Assembly: GCA_977030845.1 (NCBI GenBank)
Contig: OZ365111.1
Span: 7,192,001-7,256,000, forward strand
Source of the DNA: Fimbriosthenelais zetlandica
Taxonomy: Eukaryota
Reading direction: 5' to 3'
DNA length: 64,000 bases
Shown in pieces: positions 11,686 through 24,500 of this stretch; positions within the stretch are counted from its first letter, which is position 1, and the number at the start of each line of letters is the position of its first letter. The translations under genes and the position numbers were made by a program. The notes under the pieces were generated by a model. The model was not told where the DNA came from and made no database searches. It was given only the letters and a program-made list of their open reading frames with translations.

Positions 11686-12153
11686 CTGAAAATAAGCATT
11701 AATTTCCACTGCCACGTATTTTAGCAAGATGGATCTGACATTCTCGTCATGGAGGGCCTGGTCACGTGATCAAAATGGATCACAGTGGTTTTTGCATGAC
11801 ATTCGGAGAACTATGGAAATAAATGGAAATCAAACGGAACACAAATAAATCTTTGTAATATTTAATGCTGTGCTTCTATATAAATAGTTATTAAGTGGAA
11901 AATATACCTGATTGGACACACCGGGTTTGGAGGCTATCCCGAGCGGGATCCCGAGACTTCAACGAGACAAACAATCAAGATGGCGGCGCCCATGCTCGTG
12001 CATGTCTGCAAATATTCCCATTGATTTTTTTGATATTTCAACGCTGCAAGTAATTTTTGGGATAAAAACGCTAGATGTAAACATCGACCAAGCGAAATAC
12101 TAATTAGTCTAAAGGATACAAACCTGTGTAACAAGAGGTAAACTAGGAAAAAC
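11686..12153. promoter_or_regulatory. Bidirectional promoter region ZFPL1/NEPRO, including a probable ZFPL1 5'UTR intron (11686-11907) and non-coding exon 1
   Basis: The start codons diverge 482 bp apart. On the minus strand there is a donor CAG|GTATAT at 11908/11907 and an acceptor ttattttcag at 11686. A YY1-type motif CAAGATGGCGGC lies at ~11976-11987 and an E-box CACGTG at ~11763-11768. Confidence 0.6.
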
Positions 12154-15100
12154 ATGGTTAAGATGTGGCATGAACGATGGTTGAAGCCACCGCCCGTGTG
12201 TTCTGTCAAACTAGAGCTAGCGGATGATACTGGAAACACAAATGGTATGTTTGTTAGAACTAGGCCTATTTAATTAAATTATACATTAAATAAGGTTAGA
12301 TATACTACATACACAAGACTCATTGGTGGCTTTGTATAGGCCTATACTATAGTCTAACGCAATAGATCATCCAAATAATTTTAAACTTTGAAGAAGGAAT
12401 TAACAAATTAATAATAAGCATACCGGGTACCGGTATAACTATAAGGCATGTCACGTGCAAATGAAATTAATTGTAATGTCTTAGAGATAATACCAGTCTT
12501 ACAATCTTCTTATATAAAGGTATTCTTACAAAAGATTTTACAGAGTATGATTTTTTCCAAAAGTGATTAAACTGCATCATAACAGCCAATTTATTCTCCT
12601 TTTTTTTCTTTTCTTTGTATACTTCTAGCACTCCTCAGAAAAATGCGAAATTTCCTGGAACAGACTTCAGAACATTTGGATGGGATCAACGCTTTCTTTT
12701 GCGAGCTGTATCTACTGCAGAAGTACAATCGCAAAAATAATAACAGCTTTAAATCAGAAAAGTTTTTTCACAGTTCAACTCAGGTAATAAAAAAGTTAAT
12801 AATTCTTTATAATAGGCGTAAGGCCTATAACTTCTTAAATTCTTTCTTTCAAGTCTATAGTAATTTTGCAATAATACATACATAATTTTACAATAATACG
12901 TAATCAACTTTGAAAATATAGAATTTCCGGTACTTCAGATGAGCATGGGTAATTTATTTGTCTCCTTTCTTTTAATTCACAGCTGCAGCGATGTATGGTC
13001 CGGTACAGTGAAGTGGAACCCTTGTCTTACCTGAAGCCCCTGTTGAGCATGTGGCCTAGGTGAGATGTGAATTTAATTAACCTGTAATAAATTATAATAT
13101 AATAAATGATAATCTCTTGGTCTATGATTTACGATTATTAATTAAATACGACCTGTTCCATAAATACCACATCCTTTTCACTTTCAGCACACTGAACATT
13201 CACTATGGGGCACAGGTATACCTTCCATCAAGACAAATGTTACAGCACGTCTTGGTTCGTCTGATAGGAGCAGCACTTCTGTGTCATGAATCAATTAACA
13301 GATCTGTCATAGCTCATGCGTATCCTTTCTAATAAATCAACCAACTTATATTGTAATAATTTTCAAAAGATTGAAAATTTCGTAGAATTGATAATGTGGG
13401 GTGATATGATAGATATAGGTTAACCGTTTTCCCCCAAATTTTATTCGTGCCTAGTACAATTTTCATTAATTCGCAACTCAGAGCTGCGATGGAGCAAATC
13501 AAGATAGGAATGCACCTTTCTTCTATGATTGTCTTAACTGCTGCTCTTAGCAGAATTTGGTAGCGTATATAAATTCTTCCTTTTTCCATGGACATTTCTC
13601 AGTGTGGATTTTTTAATTTTATTTTATCTTTTAGTAAGACTAAACAGTAATAATTTGTTTTCTATCCAGGGCTGTATGCCGTTCAATGAAGAAGCAGATC
13701 ATTTATATGTACGATGAACTTTTGCCACTTGTGAACGTACTGAAGCCAACTCAAGTGGAATGGGTAAGTCCATTTACTGTTACTGATTTTAAATAAACAT
13801 TTCAATAAATTGCAAAGCCTTGTGTAGCTAATGATGCTCTAAAGTGCTCTGATTCAGGAAATGATATCGGGAAATGTGTAGTAATGAACTTTTCTTATAA
13901 ATACTGATCAATATCTTTTTCTTTTTGTCCCTCAGCTCCGAAATGATTCACCTTTACCAGAAAATCTCCGCGCCTTTATTGGAAAAGAACTCGGACATTA
14001 TCCATCTGAAACGTGCGTCCGTACCTCTTGTCCTTCCATTAATTATTATTCTGATCGGGCAATATAGAAACATCTGGCAGTCTGATCTGGTACCAAATCA
14101 AACATTATTTTTTCCTGTACATTTCCCTTTAAATATTCATTCATTTTTAGGACTTTTGATGATGGTATAGAATCCGGCACATCTCTAATACACCAAACTG
14201 ATTCAGAAGAACCAGTAAGTGATGCCAACATGAAGGAAGAAACTAGTTATGGAGAAGACGTTGGAGAAGTAGTCCAGAGGGACTCTCTGAAGAACATTCC
14301 AGAGGAAGGTAAGTCAACTTTATTTAAAGGTTAAAGTTTATTTTATCTTACTAGTCTTAAGTGGTATTCTCACCAACATCAATGACATTGTGGTGTTGTA
14401 GGGAGATGACATAATGGCGTTGCTTGTCGGTGTCGAGAAAGATTCTGAATATGCATTTTCTTTAGGTTCATATTTTTTAATAAAACTAATTGATTGGAAT
14501 TAGTTCGTTTTCCAAATTCAACTTGGGCCTTTGCTGAACTCATCCTTTTTAGAATAATAAGGATATATATATAGAGAGAAGCACGACCAGAGTGATCCAA
14601 TTAAAAGTGTCGATCATTGCATGCATTTCATACCAGTATTAAAAGAATGATGCTTGTTTAGATGGAAATCCTGCCCGGATTGAGATCACGAGTGAAATGT
14701 CTGATGGGGAGGAACAGTATATCAGTGACACTGGATCACCGGCTCATTCCAATGACACGGGATCACCGGCTCATTCCAATGACACAGGATCACCTGTCCT
14801 AACCCCCTCCACCTCCTTGGTGCCGCTCTTTAAATATCATAAACCCGATATCTGTCCTCGTCTCTTCTGGGCAAAACTCCTACGTATTGGCCATACGAAT
14901 CCAAGCTTGAGCATAGTGGTCAAACTCTTCCGTAAAATATATCGCCTCAATGACCCAGAACTGGACCGCCAAATAAAAACCCTCGATTCACTTCCCTCCA
15001 CATCGAATGTTCAGAAAAAGACAGTAAGAGCAATGTTGGGAAAAATAATTCAGAAAAAGGCCGCGATAGGACGCTTGATTTTATGTGAATCGCTGGAAAA

Positions 15101-15599
15101 ATCTGAAAGGAAGGCTTGGTTAAGGCACTACCAACTTATATGGCCTAAGAACGATGAGGCTACCAGGAACCTTTTGGAAATAGCATCGAGTATTGTGAAT
15201 TCTGAAGACTCCACATCCAAAAATGTTGAGAAGGGAAAGCTTGGAGTGTGGAAAGGGAGTAGAGAAGGACGTATGAGGGATTTACTATCTGATCCTGAAT
15301 TTATCAAAGCAGCACTTAAACAAATAAAGAAGAAGGGAGAGAATGTGCGCTGTATTAAATATGAGGAAATTGATTGGAGCATGCCAGTGTGCATAGCCAA
15401 GAGGATGAAGAGAATACTCAAGAAAGGTGATCAACTAGAAGATTGGAAGAAACAGGGGAAAGTACCCCCTGAAATAGTCGAAGAGCTCATGAAGTTAATC
15501 AGGAAGAAAGGGAGTACTATGAAAAGAAGTCTGAAACGATATGAGAAGAAAATGGATAGGAAAACGATAGAAACATTTAAACGAAATTACTTAAAGTGA
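12154..15599 (+). CDS. NEPRO: Nucleolus and neural progenitor protein (NEPRO/C3orf17/RMP64-like, RNase MRP subunit family), 599 aa; exons 12154-12244, 12629-12783, 12983-13059, 13188-13319, 13482-13559, 13670-13763, 13936-14012, 14151-14308, 14662-15599
   Basis: Nine exons join in frame (1800 nt). Segments resemble remembered NEPRO motifs: KYNRKNNNSFKSEKFF...QLQRCM, QVYLPSRQMLQHVLVRLIGAALL, MHLSSMIVLTAALSRIW-AVCRSMKKQIIYMYDELLPL, PLPENLRAFIG and EDVGEVVQR. The identity rests on motif order, not on a database search. Confidence 0.8.
13320..13481 (+). other. U12-type (minor spliceosome) GT-AG intron in NEPRO
   Basis: The 5' site GTATCCTTT matches the U12 consensus. A branch-site-like TTTCATTAAT (13461-13470) lies ~12 nt before the AG with no polypyrimidine tract. 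Removal restores the frame (..VIAHA|AAMEQIK..). Confidence 0.85.
14727..14794 (+). repeat. 27-bp in-frame tandem repeat (2.5 copies, DTGSPAHSN) in the NEPRO last exon
   Basis: gacactggatcaccggctcattccaat / gacacgggatcaccggctcattccaat / gacacaggatcacc. Confidence 0.9.
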
Positions 15600-18500
15600 G
15601 AATACTTAAAAAGGATAATAAAATAGGAAGATAATGACAAAAAGAAATCTTGTTATCAATGACAGTGGAAGGTTAATTTTTAACAGAGCCGATCTTCAGG
15701 GAGACGCATTATTACTATGAATGATATCCAAATAGATACTTGTGTACCGTTGTCTTATACCGTTCAAGTCGAGGAGAGCTCGGAAGCACTTTCAGTTTGG
15801 AAGTTTTTTAAACACGAGATGACGCTTCCATCGTTGAAGGGTTGTACGTTTACTTTTAATTGCGATCGTAGTGCCATCTATTGGATCAGGGAAGCAGTTT
15901 GGGGAACTCGAATTCTATTTGTAAGAGCGATGGTGGTGCCCTCTTTTGGACAGGTGAGGAACTACTCCCTGATTATTCATTTTATATGACAATGTTGAGG
16001 CAGATATGCCTACTTGTTATCTGAACTGTCATTAGTATGTTTTACCGCAATTGTTATAAAATTAATGGAAAACCAACGAATATAAATTTATATGATCTGC
16101 TTTATTTACAAGTGTAAAATTTGTGGCTTCAGTGAAGCATTGTATAAGTATGGTTTGTATTCACAAGTGCTCTGTAACAAATTCATTACATTCTGTGCCC
16201 AATGTCACTCTCAACATAATTCATTCATTTCAATACAAATTAACATGAACGTGACTTGTGTACCGATATAGAAGTGCCACTCCAATTGCACAGAACCATT
16301 GCACTAATTAATATTTAATACACTTGGAGGTGAAACAAACCTGTGTTCCATCAACTTTTTTTGCATTGATTTAAATTTAATGTAATGAAATGTTAGGTTC
16401 ATGGATACTTAGATTATTTTAAAACACGTTTGCTTTCACCATGAAAATTTAAAAAAAAAACATTCATACGGATTGTATATATATTAACTGACAAAATAAC
16501 TGTTATATTCAGTTATGATTAGTTTCATGTGTCACCGTTCTACCATGCTAATCAGGTTAATAATAACAGCTTTTATTTCACTTAAGCATGTAATTAATAT
16601 AATTTGATAATATTGATTATTTCGTCAAAATTTACTCAATTTTCGGTTAGATTTTTATGGGAATTCTAGAATTAAATGCGATCCAGCACATACATGAATC
16701 TACGGTCAATATATATACATAAATTCTAGTGGATGAAAATTAACCAACAAATCGTAAGACTTAGTCTCAGCATAACACAATCTTCAGGATTCCACAAAAC
16801 ATAATACTGAATCCCATACATTTATTTTGACCTTTTTAAAATGAGTAGATGTATTTCTGATCTGATTTTGTTTTCAATATTTCCACTGTATTTTAGAATC
16901 CACTGTACTACAAGAACTTTATAAAAATTTAACACCTGTACAATTTTGCATAGCAAAAATATAGCAATATGGGATTAGTCCATTTTACTGTAACATGTTT
17001 AGGAGACAGAAAGTTGGTATAACATTCACATTTACTTATACACCCTTTCTGGTCTTGTCAATGACATTTCGGGACTTTGATTTGGAATTGAAATTGAATT
17101 AGTTTTATCTCCTAAAATCTAATCTTCAGTAAACGCACTCATTCAACTCTCAGGGATAGGAAAGTAATCCAATACACACCCTTGTACAAATCATATGAAC
17201 AATATCTGATGAAAACAAACAAAGCAGAGCAGTGAAATAATGACCAAAAAAAATGCATTTCCTACGCGGATTCTTTTCCAGACACTGATAATCTTTCCAG
17301 GCACTGTCCAAACCAATAAAGAAATATGAAGGCAAGATATGATAGATCTTATTTGTAACGATTCAGGAGAACCCAAACCCAACAATACTTTATTACCCAT
17401 GTCAAGAATTGATCTCGTGTCAAAACAAACTCAATTTATTCCAGATGCCATATTTTACTCATTCTCCCGGCAAAGCACTTGGAAAATCCATCATCTAACC
17501 ATAGGATTCTCACCCAAGCTACTTATTTTTATTACCGGCGGGGGAAAATGGGATAACTTCGTCAGGGCGAACTATAGATATATCCCTCTCCTCGCTTCAA
17601 AGCTGGGGCTAGTGTCAACAGGGCATCGATTTAATTTGAGCTACTCAAGACCTCTCTTGAGTGACTCGCAAACGCGATTACTGCATCCCTGGTGGCAGGC
17701 AATAGAAGCTTGGGTGAGCGGCTCAGGTGGTGAGTGTGGAGCGATTGTTTCCCACTTGACGAGTGGCTCGTGATTAGTCTTGCCTATGCCTGCTATGCGG
17801 GGACATACTGGCAAAATACTGGGGCATATCCAGAGCCTGCCAACTGCTAGGGATGAAATGGTCATAAATCTAGTTTCCATTCTGGCTGAAGTACCATCTA
17901 TCAATTTCATGGAGCAAATATTAGTCGGTGGTGTACCACAGGGAGCCTTTTCACCACTACAATTGTATTTCCCCGGTAGCTGTGGGTCAGAGGTTCCCAG
18001 TAAAAAAGGCTGCTTATTCTCAAGGGTTCTTGTGTGGATAGAACAAGACCTGGCAGCTCTACCATGAAAAGACAACATGATCGTGCTCCAGACGTGTAAC
18101 AGCTTTTTATGAATGATTGACAGCTTGGCCTCTTGATTATGCAAAGTCACTAGCTATTCCAATTAATCCAAGATTATCCCGCCTGTTGAATGTGGCATTA
18201 TGCAAATTGCCTCTCCATTACAGCTTCCTAGATAAGAGGGTGTAACATCTAAGATTCTCCCGCGCCGAGAGCCATATGCAAATCCCAGACCCCATATAAT
18301 ACTTATATGGGGCGGCTGTGGTTACCAGCCCGATTAATACATGGCAACTCCCACTCAAGCTTCCTTATCTCTGTCCCACTCACTTTATGAGCATCTTATT
18401 GATTCAGGTTTAAGTGAACAAGGCTCCAACAGGGCTATCTTGTCTTGATGACAGCAATTGGCAATGGGTTCAGCAACTTGTGGCACAATGTAGCGTGAAT

Positions 18501-21500
18501 AGCTATTTGTATGTGCCACTCATGCCCCAGAAGGGAAGCACTGATTAAATGGTTTGTGAACGAAGCATGTTACATCTCCCGAAACAAATGACACCAGCAT
18601 CGCTGAAAGGCACTGCAAAAAGCAGAGAACTCATTTAGCGTCCTAATTGGAATGTATTGATTGCTTAAGATTTTCCCTGCCTTCGCTCGTCTAATTGTAT
18701 TTGGTATTTGGACCGCAGGTTCAGCCACATAGAAAATATCAGGCTGGCAGGGAGATATTTACAGCCATGGTTATTATGGCAAAACAAATGAAGCTGATTG
18801 AGGCAACTTTTCAGCTTGGTTAGAGTCGCAGAGTGACTTGCAAGGCAAAGGGATCTGGATCAGAATCGAAATAGGCGATACAAAGTTCAATGCATGGCTA
18901 ATCAACGCGCCGCCTTCAGGGAAGTGGGATGAGGGGTTTGTTCTATGGGCTCGGCTTAGATCTTGTTATCACCAACAGTGTTGAATATGGGATCCCTATC
19001 TCATTACAAAAGGTGCCAGCAATGTCGTCTGCTCGAAAAGATGCAACCACCTCCAAACATGGTGTAGTCAGGATGGGCAGCATTGTGCGGCCCTTTCACT
19101 TACCACCACTACTGGTCTGCATGGAGGGAGTCTTGCAAAATGGCAGCCTAATCTGGCCACATTTGATGAATAATGAAGCCAGCTGATTCAATAGTCACAC
19201 GAAGAGAACTTCCAAGTCGGTGATCCACCATCGACGCAGCTGCATGCAGACCGACTATGAGTGGAGGACACCAGTGTAATCAAAGTGTCCATTCACACAT
19301 AGAATCCTCTACGGCCCCCAGCTTCTTATGAATATATGGCTTTCCCGAAGTACGCCCAGCATGGACTATTGTGAGAAGAGAGGAATGGGAAAGAAACGAA
19401 AATCCCTACCAATATATAACGCAACATGTCATGCTAACAATTACATTCTATGGCCTGTCCCGACCCCACCAGCTCAGTCTCAATCAGTTCGGTCAGTTGC
19501 AGTAAACCCCTGAACTTGATTGCTTCCCCATATTTGCTGGTTTCAGGTGACCCAAGTCCTAACCCTTTGCCTCTCCAGCCCTGAACTATGCTGGGACATG
19601 TGTGGGCATGGCCTTAGAATATCGCCCAGTTCCATTGAAAGCAGCTCAGGCAAGGGAAGCAGACGATTTCTGACCAGAAAACCACGGGTAAATAGGAGCT
19701 AATCGGTGGAAGGTTCCTTTATATTAGCTGTATGCACTGCTCGGGATATCGCAGCTCCAGGACGTGCTCAGCATGGAGCTTTTCCTGAGGTAATGGAATC
19801 TCGAGAAGAACATTTTGACCAAGATGTTTTCTCTGCCATAAATAGGCCTACACCCGCAACAAGGGGTAACCACAGCACTAAACTTAACTCAATCCCATGA
19901 GGTTTTTTCCTCATCTGAAATAACCAATTATCGATTTCTCGGAAAGGATTAAGATTGTCGGATGGAAATAAAAATAACCATGGTGTATTTTTACCCTGAA
20001 AATACCGCTGGGAGGAAGGACAGAATGCTTCCTAAATAAATAAACCACTCGCCCATAAAATAGAATGTTGGAGTTTGTTTATGATTCTCATCCAAAGAGG
20101 GGCATATTGATCGTGGAGAGGCCGCAAAAAGCCCCCTGGCTCAATGAACAAGGATGCTCCATCGTACAAAGACTCTCTTCTGACATTAAAGTCTCATTAC
20201 AGGTTTGGAACACTTGACTGGTTTGCCCAGCCAAGCGTTCTGCCATTTGGATTTGTCACGATGTGCAATCACGTACATATTGTCTTAATTCCCAATAAAT
20301 CTGAAGGCCTTGCTTTGGAGGGCAATCTTGGATGCTTCACCGAGACAGGTCATGCTTGTGGACTCTTGGGGATGGATGCAGTTTGTAGGGTGCTGGGTTT
20401 GAGGGATCAACTATTATTAACCAGCAGGAGGGTGCTCTCACCCAGTGCAAGACAGAAAACATTACCAGTTTCAATCTCAAAGGAAATTGAGCCTCAAAAC
20501 CATTCACAGGAAAATAAATAGGACGTTTTTAGCATTGTATTGGGGAAAAAATCTAGGGATTGCACATGCATTGAACGAAATTAAAATTGGGGAAAGAAAT
20601 CTTCCAGACAGTAAACAAGTTGTCGTATGGAGGGAAACTGTTTTTGCTGCACTCCCTGGTCAGTAACATGAGGAAACCCACTTAGAAACACACCATCCTT
20701 CTTTGTCAAACACCCGACCACCTCCCCGAGCCTATCGCTATTGTGTATGTTCATGGGAATGCAAACACATGGCAGCGACCCGCATGGGCTGGGAATGAGC
20801 AACTCAGATCATGCCTACACACAGGAGTAGCTCCTGGCTATGTTGTCTTTGTGTAGAAACAGCTTCCCTCGCCTCAGCCAATACCCTAACCACCACATTT
20901 ACCTGCCTCAGCCTTCCAGCAACTGGGGAAGCTGCAAAGCAGCAGTCAGGTTTAAATGCCTGTCTTGGCGTTGGATGGGAGCCAGGAGCCTTGCACTACT
21001 ATAGCCTTCTCCCCATATTTATCAAATGGGTGCTTTCCATTGAGGCCAGAGCTGCTGGGAATCTCCCCATCCCCATAACCAACGGCCCCAATAACAGTAA
21101 CAAATGTGTGAAATTGTCCAGCATTGTTGGGCGGTGAAAGTAAAATGGATAATTGTTGAATGCTGTGAATAGGATAGAAAAGGCTGCTGAGAGATCGAGC
21201 TGGCATTTGTTTTGTATGGTTCAACAAAGCGGTTGAGTTTACATCTGTGGGCAATCGATAAAGTCGGATTTCCTTACACAGCCCTGGGCGGAAGGGCCTG
21301 AACAATCGGTTTGAAGGCCTCACTGCTGAGGCACCGTGTCACATCCGATAACAAATGAAGCATAAAACTCAAGCCAGGCACCATAATTCACACCCCGTTC
21401 ATTCATAGACCGAGTGTGGACCGTGTGCAAGGGAAGCCCTTAAATCTACAAGTGACCATAGGTGGAGACGTTATTGGAAACAAGCTTTGGCCCAAATGCC

Positions 21501-24500
21501 TCACAAAGCAAGGGCCATCGAGCAATACTCAGGCCTACGCCATCTCCACAGCAGCAGAACTAAGGCTGGTAGAGAAAGATGACAGTTGCGTAAAATAATC
21601 AGGTCCAAGAACTGGTGGAGTTGGCTTCCAGCAAGGATGGGAGAGATAGAGGAGGGCTTTCCGTAGATGCCAGCTCATGCCCTCTCGATGAAGAAGCATT
21701 GGCACATTGGAGGAACTGGAGGAGGTGCAATGAGGGCCCTCTTGACCTGCAGCTATTGGTACAGCAGTGAAAACACCTCCCTAAGACCCCAAGGGTCGAT
21801 TGGTACGTGCCCTAGCCCACTGCCAAGATCGGCCATTAGCGCTAGAGATCGACATCCCTCTTTCAATGCTCTCTCCTTGAAGAGAATGAACGACTTTTCA
21901 TGCCTGCTTCAGACCCCCTCAACGAATACTGCTCGGCCGTCGCTCCCCAAATGTCAATAGCACACCCTCTGGTTCTCATCGGTCCTCCCAAGAAGGATGT
22001 CTGTCAGGGAAAGGGGGAGATTGAAAGGAGTTCAAATACTTCTTATCCTCGATCCATACAGGTGTTAAGCTCTCCTTAATCCTTACAAGAGCATACTTCC
22101 GTATGACCCCAACTAAGGCCTTTAATAAATGGGCCTCAAAAGTTCACTCAATATCCAAAAGACCTTATAGAAATTGCGCCATATCATATAACCAATAAAG
22201 AATTTCCTAGATGAAGTGTCTGGAAATGACCACAGTGTCTGAAATCTGAAGAAATTAGAAAAACAACAGATAAATTACTACCAACAACTTCAAAGAGAAG
22301 TAAAATCATAAGTGAAAAAAACATAGAAACACAACAAGAGGAAAGGCAAAACAGCCTGCGCATGGAAAAGGGAGGAAAGACAAAACAATCGTCTTGATAA
22401 GAAAAGCATTGAAGAGACAATATATTACTGTCGCATACACGTAAAAAAAACTGCTCTGTATGAAAGGTGTTTGTCTTTGTCTTTTCTTGAGGGTTGACAT
22501 TGATGGAGGATACACTCAGGGTGGGAGGGTGGTGGTGGGTGGTTGTGTTAGGGGTTCTGAAATGATCGCTCGTTTGACCAAACAAGTCAGAAAGGATGGA
22601 GAAGGAAGGTTTTGTGGGAAGATGGTTGTTTTTAAGCTCAGAGCTACATGCCTGAGAACAGCCAGGTGCCTTTGGCACGTCATGAGTCAGCCTGTGACTT
22701 TTTTCGCCGCTACATCGTTCAAACCTCCAGAGCTAGATGTCCTCCACTTTAGATGTCAAACATTGGTGGCGAAAACTTGCCGAAACAGTATGGCCTGTAC
22801 ACCATGGCATGTAAGCTACGAGCAATCACCGAGCCCAAAACAGAAATTTAATTTGCATCACCTCAAATTTGTACTTCATTTTCTAGAGGAAAATCAATTT
22901 ATGACAAAGGAACGAATTTAATTTCAATTTTGGGCGGACTGATTTCAATCAAAGGAACATTCTTGCCCGTGTTGAGAAATTAGCAATCAAAATATTGATA
23001 GGCTCTGATAAGGCCATCTAAATTTCCATTCATTATCATGAGTAATTTCTCTTAAGTGCTTTTTGATTAAAAATGTATATGACCTTGTAATTACAAATGA
23101 TTCCTCATTTTCGTTGCCGTTTTCTGCCTTCAGTTTAATCCCTGCATTAAGTGCTCAAATTTCTTATTCAATCAATTTTCCTCTTTTTCAACAAAGCATA
23201 AATTGTTGTGGAAATGAGGGGCCTGGACAAAGAGACAGACGCCAGTATGTGGTAAGCCGGGGAGAGGAGTGATCAATGATGATGGCGGATGGAGGGATGG
23301 ACCCCAGGATTAGCCAGGTCCTTGCCAGGATCACACACTGTCCATCAGGGATCCAACACACCACCCTCAAGCTTAACCCCTCACAAAAGGCCACCCCCTC
23401 CAAAATCACCCCGGAGCAGATCTCATTGAAAACAAAATGAGTAATTAAGGGTGTTTTGCAAAAATGTTCACTAATAATCGGAAGGAGCAAAGGGTATTTA
23501 AAGCAGTTTCTCATGGAAATGCTTCAGGGTAGGGGGAAACAGTGAGAAACCCCTGATTGCTCGGGAAGTTAAGACTAAGAGTGATTTGAGGGTAAAGAGT
23601 TAATTGCATGCATTACACGTGGATTACGACTATCAGTGATTAATGACCAGCAGAGTTTTTGTGTGGGATTCGTCATTGGATGAGGTGGGAAAATAACAAT
23701 CATCTCTCCAATAGTTTACTTACCTATTCATCAAACTTCTACCACTATTTAACAGAACAATGCACATAAGAAACAAACACAAACCGAAGCAGAACGTTTC
23801 TACATATGAAATGAAAAAATTACCTAATATGGTATGGGAAATACAGTGAAATGTTGATACCTTTTATGCCTCTACAGTTTCAGTGGGTTATTGTTATGAT
23901 ATCTAATGAAAATGTGAAATATGAAAAAGGAGAATTTTACAAAATAAAATATATGTGCTGTGGTTATACCTCAAACAATTCCCAATCTTGGTATTGTAAG
24001 AAAGCTCATCTTGGATTAGCACATGATCATATTAAGGTAATATTTAAGTATACACTCTCGTTCAGGAAATTATGTACTTTGAGTACATTTCTTGTAGAAA
24101 TAATTAAGGGAAGCAATAGTAAAACACTCGTGTCATTGACCGCAATCATCATGCAATTTGCTTAACACTAGATATCACAAAGAAAAACAATGACAGTGAC
24201 CACGTTGACCAATAATATTATCACAACATTGGGAATTATTTACAACCACATTCATCAGAATAAAAACCCTTGCAGCATTTGTACACATTTTTCATCATCA
24301 TAAAGGCGTTAGTTGAAGTTTGACCGACCATTCATTTGTCTTTTATAGAGCACCCATACTTGAGGATATTCCCTTTGAGATTTTCTTTCTATAAATCTAT
24401 ATCTAGACGTGTGTACACATGTATATACTTGGTTAACTCATCATGTGTCAGTGCTATTTCTCTGGTATCAATTCTCATGATAAAACAAATATTTGTTGAT

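Noticed and set aside
11980-12024. ATGGCGGCGCCCATG... as the start of a mitochondrial-type protein
   Set aside because: It stops after 14 codons and is better explained as a YY1-type promoter motif.
13829-13910. Possible C/D-box snoRNA in NEPRO intron 6 (ATGATGC ... CTGA ... CTGA)
   Set aside because: The C box is imperfect, there is no terminal stem, and I found no convincing rRNA-complementary guide.
17780-18067. GGVPQG peptide resembling the LINE reverse-transcriptase GVPQGS motif
   Set aside because: The flanking RT motifs (DxxKAFD upstream, YADD downstream) are absent, so it is probably coincidental.
19520-19702. Frameshifted LGHV-GHGLRISPSSIES resembling a Gypsy RT C-terminal motif
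   Set aside because: It is a single weak motif with no YLDD, RNase H or integrase signatures nearby.
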